Source of the DNA: an uncultured Bacilli bacterium
GTDB lineage: Bacteria; Bacillota_I; Bacilli_A; RFN20; CAG-631
Reading direction: 5' to 3'
Assembly (NCBI GenBank): GCA_947626825.1
Contig: CANQTM010000004.1
Location: forward strand, 10,074 to 74,073
DNA: 64,000 nucleotides
The notes below the pieces were generated by a model. The model was not told the DNA's origin. It was given only the letters and a program-made list of their open reading frames with translations, and did no database searches. The number at the start of each line of letters is the position of its first letter. The stretch's first letter is position 1. Of this stretch, positions 8,493 to 16,199 are shown one piece after another. The position numbers were made by a program, and so were the translations under genes.

Positions 8493-9833
8493 ATGACCAA
8501 AAGAATTTTTGAACGTAAAATTTATCAAAAAATGTTAGATTGGAAAAGAGATTCTAATGGTAAAACTGCTCTTTTGATAAAAGGTGCGAGGCGTGTTGGC
8601 AAGTCTACCATTGCAGAAGAATTTGCTAAAAAAGAATATTCTAGTTATATTCTTATTGATTTTTCTATTGTTTCTAAGGAAGTACATAATTTGTTTAAAG
8701 ATTTGTCTGATTTGAATTATTTGTTTTTACGCCTTCAATTAATTTATCACGTTAATTTAGAAAATAGAAAATCAGTTATTATATTTGATGAAGTCCAAAG
8801 AGAACCTTTTGCTAGACAAGCAATTAAACATTTGGTTAAAGATGGAAGATATGATTATATTGAAACTGGTTCACTATTATCAATAAAAAAGAATGTTAAA
8901 AATATTGTTATTCCAAGTGAAGAAACTAGAATTGAAATGATACCTATGGATTATGAGGAGTTCCGTTGGGCACTTGGAGATAAAGCAACAATACCGATGT
9001 TGAGATTTGCTTTTGAAAATAAAAAATCTTTAAGTGATGATGTCAATCGAAGAATGATGCGTGATTTTAGACTGTATATGTTAGTTGGTGGAATGCCGCA
9101 AGCTGTGAATGAATATCTTGATACAAACAATTTTAGCAAAGTAGATCAGGTGAAACGCTCTATTTTAGAACTTTATCAAGATGATTTTAGAAAAATTGAT
9201 TCTACTGGAAGAGCATCATTAATGTTTTCTGCTATTCCATCAGAACTTGCAAAAAATGCGTCAAGATATCAAGTGTCAAGTGTCATTGCAAATGGAAAAA
9301 ATGATCGTGTACTTGAAATTATTGCAGATATGAAAGATTCTTTGACTGTTAATATTGCATATCATGCAAATAATCCGAGTGCAGGAATGTCTTTACATGA
9401 AGACACTGCTAGATATAAAATGTTTCTTAGCGATACTGGTTTGTTTACTACACTTGCATTTATGGATAAAGATTTCACCGAAAATGTTATCTATGAAAAA
9501 CTTTTAAATGACAAACTTGATACTGATTTAGGATATTTGTATGAAAATATAGTTGCACAAATGCTTTATGCAACAGGAAACAAATTATTTTACTACACAT
9601 TTCCTAAAGAAAATTCGAGTCATAACTACGAAATTGATTTTTTGATTGCTAAAAGAAATAAGATATCACCTATTGAGGTAAAATCATCAGGATACAAAAC
9701 ACATAGATCAATTGATGCCTTCGTTAATAAATTTTCAGATAAAATAGGGCAAAGATATTTGGTTTATACAAAGGATTTAAGAAAAGATGGCGAATTACTT
9801 TGCATACCAATTTATATGACAATGTTTCTATAA
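8493..9833 (+). CDS. AAA+ ATPase, AAA_14 plus DUF4143 (COG1373-like), paralog B
   Basis: Walker A GARRVGKSTIA, Walker B IIFDEVQ, C-terminal EIDFLIAKRNKISPIEVKSSG (D...E-x-K-like). Strong RBS AGGAGGT. Confidence 0.75.
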   Translation: MTKRIFERKIYQKMLDWKRDSNGKTALLIKGARRVGKSTIAEEFAKKEYSSYILIDFSIVSKEVHNLFKDLSDLNYLFLRLQLIYHVNLENRKSVIIFDEVQREPFARQAIKHLVKDGRYDYIETGSLLSIKKNVKNIVIPSEETRIEMIPMDYEEFRWALGDKATIPMLRFAFENKKSLSDDVNRRMMRDFRLYMLVGGMPQAVNEYLDTNNFSKVDQVKRSILELYQDDFRKIDSTGRASLMFSAIPSELAKNASRYQVSSVIANGKNDRVLEIIADMKDSLTVNIAYHANNPSAGMSLHEDTARYKMFLSDTGLFTTLAFMDKDFTENVIYEKLLNDKLDTDLGYLYENIVAQMLYATGNKLFYYTFPKENSSHNYEIDFLIAKRNKISPIEVKSSGYKTHRSIDAFVNKFSDKIGQRYLVYTKDLRKDGELLCIPIYMTMFL

Positions 9834-9860
9834 TAAATTAAAAAATGAAAGATAATGATT

Positions 9861-9895
9861 AAAAGCATCTATCAGAATAGTAGATGCTTTTCTTA
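9861..9895 (+). terminator. Rho-independent terminator after paralog B
   Basis: AAAAGCATCTA-tcagaatag-TAGATGCTTTTC hairpin plus T-run. Confidence 0.5.
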
Positions 9896-9914
9896 TACTC
9901 AAAAACAAGTTATT

Positions 9915-9955
9915 TCGTAAAAAGATGGTAAACCGCAAAAATATTAAATAAGAGT
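9915..9955. repeat. Degenerate copy of the 38-bp palindromic repeat
   Basis: ggtaaaccgcaaaaatattaaataag aligns with the right half of the intact repeat (gggtacacgcaaaaaattaacataaa); the left half has decayed. Confidence 0.35.
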
Positions 9956-10082
9956 AGTAGGTGTTAAATTATTTCAAAACAATTAATATCTGTATTATAT
10001 ATTATATTTTAATTCTATGTTTGTAATAATTGTCGAAACTTAAGGCACAAATGTCACAACATTCTAATAGGAGGGCTAAATT

Positions 10083-11354
10083 GTGATTAAAAGAGATTTT
10101 TATTTAAAACAAATCATTGAAAGAATGTGGAATGGAAATATCAAAGTTATAACTGGAATTAGACGCGGAGGAAAATCAACACTTCTTTTTAATTTATTTA
10201 AAGAATATTTACTTTCAACTGGAGTTAGTGAAAATCACATAATAGAAATTGAACTTGATAAACGAAAATTTTATAAATTTAGAGACCCAATTTTTCTTTG
10301 TGACTATGTTGAAAACATCGTTAATGAAGGAAAAAATGATAAATATTATCTTTTAATCGATGAAGTTCAACTTACAAAAAAAGTCAAGGATAAAGCAAGT
10401 GATATAGAAGTAAGCATATACGATATGTTAAATGAGTTAAAGGCATATCCAAATCTTGATTGTTATGTTACAAGTTGTAATTCAAAAATGCTTTCAAGCG
10501 ATATTGCTACAGAATTTCGTGGAAGATCAAGTCAAATAAAAGTGTATCCATTTTCTTTTGAAGAATTTTATTCTTATAGAGGTGGTGGTGTAAGTGAAGC
10601 ATTAGATGAATATATGCTTTATGGTGGTATGCCAGGACTTATCAATGAATCGACTGAGGAACAAAAACGAACATATCTAAAAAATCTTTATGATGAGATT
10701 TATATAAAAGATTTAGTCGAGCACGCAAGAGTGCAAAGACAAGATGTTTTAGAAGAATTGTTAGATTATTTAGCATCTTCTATAGGTTCCTTAACAAACG
10801 CCAATAAAATTACAAGCGCTATTAACACAAAAGCATCAAGTAAAATATCTGATGATACTATAGCAAAATATCTTAAACATACAATGGATGCATTCCTTAT
10901 TTTTGAGGCAAGAAGATATGATGTGAAAGGCAAAAAATATTTTGATTATCCAAATAAATATTATTATTCTGATGTTGGACTTAGGAATATTAGATTAAAC
11001 TATCGCCAAATTGATTCTGGATACATTATGGAAAATATGATTTATAATGAGCTTATAAGACGAGGATATTCTGTTGATGTAGGAGTAGTCGAAGATAGAA
11101 GTAATAATAATAAAAAAATAAAAGAGATAGATTTTGTAGTTAATAATTTTGATAAAAAAATTTATATTCAATCTGCGTTTAGAATAGATGATCAAAAAAA
11201 GAAGGAAAAGGAACTTGATTCTTTAAAACTTACAGCAGATTTCTTTAAAAAAATAGTGATAAGAAATGATATACCAACAACTTTTTATGATGATGATGGA
11301 ATAATGCATTGTAGATTCATTGATTTTTTATTGAATAACGTTGAATTATTTTAA
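10083..11354 (+). CDS. AAA+ ATPase, AAA_14 plus DUF4143 (COG1373-like), paralog C; GTG start
   Basis: Walker A GIRRGGKSTLL, Walker B LLIDEVQ, C-terminal EIDFVVNNFDKKIYIQSA. RBS AGGAGGG 8 nt before GTG. Confidence 0.75.
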   Translation: MIKRDFYLKQIIERMWNGNIKVITGIRRGGKSTLLFNLFKEYLLSTGVSENHIIEIELDKRKFYKFRDPIFLCDYVENIVNEGKNDKYYLLIDEVQLTKKVKDKASDIEVSIYDMLNELKAYPNLDCYVTSCNSKMLSSDIATEFRGRSSQIKVYPFSFEEFYSYRGGGVSEALDEYMLYGGMPGLINESTEEQKRTYLKNLYDEIYIKDLVEHARVQRQDVLEELLDYLASSIGSLTNANKITSAINTKASSKISDDTIAKYLKHTMDAFLIFEARRYDVKGKKYFDYPNKYYYSDVGLRNIRLNYRQIDSGYIMENMIYNELIRRGYSVDVGVVEDRSNNNKKIKEIDFVVNNFDKKIYIQSAFRIDDQKKKEKELDSLKLTADFFKKIVIRNDIPTTFYDDDGIMHCRFIDFLLNNVELF

Positions 11355-11402
11355 TTAAACATATGTGGTATACATTTTTTCAAGATCATTAAATTTATAT
11401 AA

Positions 11403-11436
11403 AAGGCTACTCTAAATTAATTGAGTAGTTTTTTAT
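11403..11436 (+). terminator. Rho-independent terminator after paralog C
   Basis: AAAAGGCTACTC-taaattaatt-GAGTAGTTTTTTATTT. Confidence 0.5.
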
Positions 11437-11536
11437 TTGCATATTTAAATTAAATAAAATATTTTTGTTGTATTTTTTTAAAAAATTTAAAGCAACAAAA
11501 TAATAATGAAATGCATTTAAATATAATTATATTTCA

Positions 11537-11575
11537 ATGTTAAAAAAATTGCGGGTACACGCAAAAAATTAACAT
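11537..11575. repeat. 38-bp nested palindromic repeat, copy 1
   Basis: ATGTTAAaaaaaTTGCGggtacacCGCAAaaaaTTAACAT: outer arms ATGTTAA/TTAACAT and inner arms TTGCG/CGCAA with A-tract spacers. Confidence 0.7.
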
Positions 11576-11673
11576 AAAGGCTAATATAATTATTTGAAAT
11601 TGATAATTTTTATTGTAAAATTATTTTGAAATGCAATTTTTGACAGCGTTTTTTTTAAAAATATAATATTTTT

Positions 11674-11711
11674 ATGTTAAAAAAATGCGGGTACACGCAA
11701 AAAATTAACAT
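11674..11711. repeat. 38-bp nested palindromic repeat, copy 2 (about 10 bp upstream of the paralog D -35)
   Basis: ATGTTAAAAAAATGCGGGTACACGCAAAAAATTAACAT. Followed by promoter TTGCAA-16-TATAAT at about 11722-11750 and RBS GGAGGTG. Confidence 0.7.
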
Positions 11712-11774
11712 AAACGCGTTGCAAATTTTATTTTTTTTACTATAATAAAGATAGAAACAATTGGAGGTGTTTTT

Positions 11775-13028
11775 ATGATTTTCCCCAGAAAGAAGAATTT
11801 AGATCAATTAATTAAACATCAAAACAATGGATTAATAAAAATTATTACTGGTTTACGTCGTTCTGGTAAATCATATCTTTTAGATCCAATTTTTAAAAAA
11901 TATTTATTAGAAACTGGTATTAAAGAAGATCATATTATTAAATTCGATTTGGAAAAACAATTGAATAGTAAATATTGGGATCCTAATGAATTAGCAAAAT
12001 ATTTGGAATCATGTATTGTTGACAAAGATAAATATTATTTTTTATTAGATGAAATTCAACTAGTAAAAGGTTTTGAATTTGTTTTAAATGGATTGTTGCA
12101 CATTCCTAATGTAGATGTTTATGTTACAGGAAGCAATTCAAAATTTTTATCATCAGATATTATCAGTGAATTTAGAGGTAGAGGTGATGAAATTAAAGTA
12201 TTTCCACTAACATTTTCTGAATATTATGAATGCGTTGGTGGCAATAAACATGAAGCATTGATAAGTTATATGCATTATGGTGGCCTTCCTCAATGCGCAT
12301 CTATAGATGATCTTGAAGTAAAGCAACATTATTTAGTTGGACTTTATAAAACTATTTATCTTGCTGATTTAAAACAAAGACATCGTATTAAGGAAATGGA
12401 AGTGTTTGACAATCTTTTAGAAATTCTTTCTTCGGATATTGGTTCATTTACTAATTTTAAAAAATTATCAAACACATTTAAAACTGTATTGAATGTTAAT
12501 GTAAGTTTTAATACTATCAAAAGATATTGTGAATATTTAGAAGATGCATTTTTAATCAATCAAGCAAAAAGATATGATATTAAAGGAAAAAAATACATTG
12601 CTTCTTTAAAAAAAATATATTTTACAGATTTAGGTATTCGTAATGCTTTAATTGGTTTTCGCCAATATGAAGTTTCTCATTTAATGGAAAATCTTATCTA
12701 TAATGAATTGTGTTATCGTGGTTTTAGTGTTGATTTAGGAATTGTTATAAAAAACGCTAGTGATAAAAATAAAGGAAATATAAGAAATTATTTTGAAGTT
12801 GATTTTGTAGCTAATAAAGGATATAAAAGATATTACATTCAATCAGCATTGATTATTCCTGATGCCAAGAAAATGGCACAAGAAGAAAAATCATTAGATT
12901 GTATTTCTGATAATTTTCAAAAAATAATAATTGTTTATGATGATTTTGTAACCTATCATCAAAATGAAAAAGGCTATATTATGATGAATCTTATAGAATT
13001 TTTAGAACATCCTGAATATATAAACTAA
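11775..13028 (+). CDS. AAA+ ATPase, AAA_14 plus DUF4143 (COG1373-like), paralog D
   Basis: Walker A GLRRSGKSYLL, Walker B FLLDEIQ, C-terminal EVDFVANKGYKRYYIQSA. Confidence 0.75.
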   Translation: MIFPRKKNLDQLIKHQNNGLIKIITGLRRSGKSYLLDPIFKKYLLETGIKEDHIIKFDLEKQLNSKYWDPNELAKYLESCIVDKDKYYFLLDEIQLVKGFEFVLNGLLHIPNVDVYVTGSNSKFLSSDIISEFRGRGDEIKVFPLTFSEYYECVGGNKHEALISYMHYGGLPQCASIDDLEVKQHYLVGLYKTIYLADLKQRHRIKEMEVFDNLLEILSSDIGSFTNFKKLSNTFKTVLNVNVSFNTIKRYCEYLEDAFLINQAKRYDIKGKKYIASLKKIYFTDLGIRNALIGFRQYEVSHLMENLIYNELCYRGFSVDLGIVIKNASDKNKGNIRNYFEVDFVANKGYKRYYIQSALIIPDAKKMAQEEKSLDCISDNFQKIIIVYDDFVTYHQNEKGYIMMNLIEFLEHPEYIN

Positions 13029-13049
13029 AATAATTTGAATAATATTTTA

Positions 13050-13086
13050 ATGTTAAAAAATTGCGTGTATCCGCAATAAATTAACA
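13050..13086. repeat. 38-bp nested palindromic repeat, copy 3 (21 bp after the paralog D stop)
   Basis: ATGTTAAAAAATTGCGTGTATCCGCAATAAATTAACAT. Arms conserved, centre diverged. Confidence 0.65.
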
Positions 13087-13244
13087 TAGCATCTTCTCAA
13101 TTCATCACTTTAAAGACTTGCTTTACACTTTTATTAATGTCATTTTTATTTAAATTGTTCATTTTCAATATATTTAAACATATTGATGTTTTTTTATTTT
13201 GTGGTATAATGTAAGAAAAGTAAGAAAAATATGGAGAGATATTC

Positions 13245-13472
13245 ATGAATGATGAGCAAGATAAATTTATTTGGACAACAAAAATCACTAGTAAAGGACA
13301 AATTGTTATTCCAAAACAGGCACGTGATGTTTTTGGTTTTAAAGATGGAGACATACTTATTTTACTTGGTGATAGAAGTAAAGGTATTGCTATTGCAAAA
13401 TATGATGATTATTTAAAATTTGCTGAAGAAATTTTTAAATTAAAAGGTGATGATAAAAATGATAACAAATAA
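13245..13472 (+). CDS. AbrB/MazE/SpoVT-family small DNA-binding protein
   Basis: TKITSKGQIVIPKQARDVFGFKDGD swapped-hairpin AbrB-type motif; 75 aa. Extended -10 TGTGGTATAAT at about 13200. Confidence 0.6.
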   Translation: MNDEQDKFIWTTKITSKGQIVIPKQARDVFGFKDGDILILLGDRSKGIAIAKYDDYLKFAEEIFKLKGDDKNDNK

Positions 13473-14388
13473 TATTATTGAAATTAATCATTTAAAGAAA
13501 TATTTTAAAGATGTTAAAGCAGTTGATGATATTTCTTTTGCCATCAAAAAAGGAGAATTTTTTGCTTTTCTTGGTTTAAATGGAGCTGGCAAATCTACAA
13601 CGATAAATATTATTTGCGGACAACTTTTAAAAGATAGTGGGGATGTTATTATTGATGGTTTAAACTTAGATAATGATATTAGTAAAATTAAGCCAAAACT
13701 TGGAGTTGTTTTTCAAAATTCTGTTCTTGATTCAAAACTTACTATTTTTGAAAATTTAAAATTTAAAGCTGATTTATATGGCTTAAGTAAAGAAAAATTT
13801 AAAGAAAATTTGGATTATCTTGCGGAAACTTTAGAATTTAAAGATATCTTAAATCGTTCTTTATATAAATTAAGTGGTGGGCAAAAAAGAAGAGTCGATA
13901 TAGCACGTGCCCTTATTCATAATCCAGAAATTCTTATATTAGACGAGCCAACTACAGGACTTGATCCTAAAACAAGAATTCTTGTTTGGAAACTTTTAGC
14001 TAATTTAAGACAAACAAAAGAACTTACTATCATTTTAACAACTCATTATATGGAAGAATCTGATGAAGCAGATACAATTGTTATAATAGATAATGGGAAA
14101 ATTGTTGCTAATGACACACCAAATAATTTAAAAAATAAATATGCCAATGATTTTTTGAAAATATATAAATATGATAAACATTTAATTGAATTACTAAATC
14201 AAAATAAAATAAAATTCATAAAAACAGATAAAGCATTAGAAATAGAACTATCTAATATCGAAGAAGCAAAAAATATTATCATTAATTATGATAAATATAT
14301 TTTTGATTTTGAAGTATTTAAAGGAAAAATGGATAATGTCTTTTTAAACATAACTGGTAAGGACTTGAAGGAGGAGCAAGTAATATGA
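13459..14388 (+). CDS. ABC transporter ATP-binding protein (ABC-2 type)
   Basis: Walker A GLNGAGKST, signature LSGGQKRR, Walker B ILILDEPTTGLD. Start set at ATG 13459, 9 nt after AAAGGTG; the track begins at GTG 13447. Confidence 0.8.
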   Translation: MITNNIIEINHLKKYFKDVKAVDDISFAIKKGEFFAFLGLNGAGKSTTINIICGQLLKDSGDVIIDGLNLDNDISKIKPKLGVVFQNSVLDSKLTIFENLKFKADLYGLSKEKFKENLDYLAETLEFKDILNRSLYKLSGGQKRRVDIARALIHNPEILILDEPTTGLDPKTRILVWKLLANLRQTKELTIILTTHYMEESDEADTIVIIDNGKIVANDTPNNLKNKYANDFLKIYKYDKHLIELLNQNKIKFIKTDKALEIELSNIEEAKNIIINYDKYIFDFEVFKGKMDNVFLNITGKDLKEEQVI

Positions 14389-15293
14389 AAAGCGAAATAA
14401 TAAAACTCTTTGCTTTAATAAAAAGAAATATTAAATTATATTTTAAAGATAAAATGACTTTTTTTGTTTCTTTATTAACTCCTCTAATTTTAGTTGTTTT
14501 ATTTTTAACTTTTTTAAAAAATGTATATGCTGATACTATTATCAATATAATACCAGAAGGAATAGAAATTAATAAAAGCACAATTGAAGCTTTTTGTGGT
14601 GGATGGTTATTTTCATCAATAATATCTGTTTCTTGTGTAACAGTTTCGTTTTGTTCTAATATAATGGTTCTTGATAAATTAAATAAAACTATTGATGATT
14701 TAAATATAACACCTGTTAAAAGATCGACATTGTTAATATCCTATTTTATATCTAATTTTTTAACAACATTTTTAATTGGCATAATTGTACTTATTATAAG
14801 TTTTATCTATCTTGGATTTGTGGGCTTCTATTTAACGTTTTTAGATATAATAATGTTATTTGTTTCAACATTTTGTATGTGTTTATTTGGTAGTTTATTA
14901 GCATCAATTATTGGAACATTTATATCTTCACAAGGTGCTCATTCAGCCATATCAACACTTGTTTCTTCAATGTATGGTTTTATAAGCGGTGCCTATATGC
15001 CAATATCACAATTTGGTAGTGGGATAAGAAACTTTTTAAGTTTTTTACCAAGTACTTATGGAACTGTATTATTTAGACAATATTATATGAATGGAGTTAT
15101 CAATCAATTACAAGTGGTAGAAAATGTACCTCAAGAAATAACAGAACAAATTAGACTTTCATTTGATGGAAAGTTAATATTGTTTAATAATACAATTCCT
15201 ACTTGGGCACTTTTTATAGTTGTAATTGGAACAAGCATTATTTTATTAGGAATATATATTTTGTTATCTAATTTAAAAAGCAAAAAAAATTAA
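14385..15293 (+). CDS. ABC-2 family transporter permease
   Basis: Six hydrophobic TM segments; start overlaps the ATPase stop (ATGA). Confidence 0.65.
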   Translation: MKSEIIKLFALIKRNIKLYFKDKMTFFVSLLTPLILVVLFLTFLKNVYADTIINIIPEGIEINKSTIEAFCGGWLFSSIISVSCVTVSFCSNIMVLDKLNKTIDDLNITPVKRSTLLISYFISNFLTTFLIGIIVLIISFIYLGFVGFYLTFLDIIMLFVSTFCMCLFGSLLASIIGTFISSQGAHSAISTLVSSMYGFISGAYMPISQFGSGIRNFLSFLPSTYGTVLFRQYYMNGVINQLQVVENVPQEITEQIRLSFDGKLILFNNTIPTWALFIVVIGTSIILLGIYILLSNLKSKKN

Positions 15294-15417
15294 TAATCAA
15301 AATGATATTTTATTAAACCATTTAAATTTGAAACTTTAATCAAAAAATATTTAAAAATAAAGATGGCAATATTAAATATACAGTTCTATAATAAACATGT
15401 AAAAGGAGTTTAAAAAG

Positions 15418-16134
15418 ATGAAAAAACCATTAATGATAGCTCATAGAGGCTATTCGCAATTTGAAAAAGAAAATACTTTAATAGCATTTACTGCTGCAGG
15501 AGCAATTGAAGAATTTTATGGTATTGAAACAGATGTTCATGTAACTAATGATAATCATTTTGTTATAATTCATGATGAAGAAACAAATCGAGTTAGTGAT
15601 GGGCATGCCCAACTTAATGTTGAAAAAAATAGTTTTGAAATGGTTAGAAAAGTTAAATTAACAGATATTGATGGCTATGCAGGAAGAGTTGATTTAAGAA
15701 TACCTGAAATGATTGAATATTTTAGAATATGCAAAAAATATCATAAAATAGCTGTTTTAGAACTTAAACAACCATTTAGTGTTGAACAAGTTCAAGCAAT
15801 AATTGATATTATTAAAAATATTGATATGCTTGATAATACAATTTTTATTTCTTTCCATTTAGAAGCATTATTGAATTTAAGAAAAATATCTAAAACACTA
15901 AAAGCACAATGGTTACTTGGAGAATTAAAAGACGAACATTATGAAATTTTACAAAATAACAATTTAGATGTTGATGTATTATATACAACAACAACTAAAG
16001 AAAAAATTGATAAATGCCATTCTTTAGGAATCAAAGTAAACATTTGGACAGTTAATGATCAAGAAGTAGCAAATAAATATGCTGAATATGGAGTAGATTT
16101 TATAACATCAAATTGGATTAAGGAAACATTTTAA
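15418..16134 (+). CDS. Glycerophosphodiester phosphodiesterase (GDPD family)
   Basis: MIAHRGYS...ENTLIAF...GIETDVHVTNDNHFVIIHDE catalytic motifs. Confidence 0.8.
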   Translation: MKKPLMIAHRGYSQFEKENTLIAFTAAGAIEEFYGIETDVHVTNDNHFVIIHDEETNRVSDGHAQLNVEKNSFEMVRKVKLTDIDGYAGRVDLRIPEMIEYFRICKKYHKIAVLELKQPFSVEQVQAIIDIIKNIDMLDNTIFISFHLEALLNLRKISKTLKAQWLLGELKDEHYEILQNNNLDVDVLYTTTTKEKIDKCHSLGIKVNIWTVNDQEVANKYAEYGVDFITSNWIKETF

Positions 16135-16199
16135 AAAATTTGTTTCCTTTTTGTTTATTTTGTACATAATTATGCTAAAATATATATGGAGGTGTTATT

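Noticed and set aside
8279-8500. Short ORFs on the opposite strand of or within annotated genes (e.g. 8279-8500, 8951-9139, 10995-11195, 12356-12559, 13097-13354, 14318-14581, 20379-20657, 21675-21875, 22842-23027, 23886-24095, 24111-24317, 25932-26168, 26887-27234, 30097-30369, 37553-37990, 38553-38738, 38920-39186, 40634-41059, 42555-42758, 47346-47606, 50075-50257, 52594-52779, 56993-57229)
   Set aside because: All overlap well-supported genes or promoter regions. They have low-complexity, AT-codon-driven compositions, no RBS and no recognisable motifs, so they are most likely spurious frames.
11537-13086. Integron attC-like sites bracketing a gene cassette
   Set aside because: The palindromes are only ~38 bp. 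Their ends (ATGTTAA/TTAACAT) do not fit the RYYYAAC/GTTRRRY core sites, and no intI-like gene is in the window. Reported instead as an unexplained palindromic repeat.
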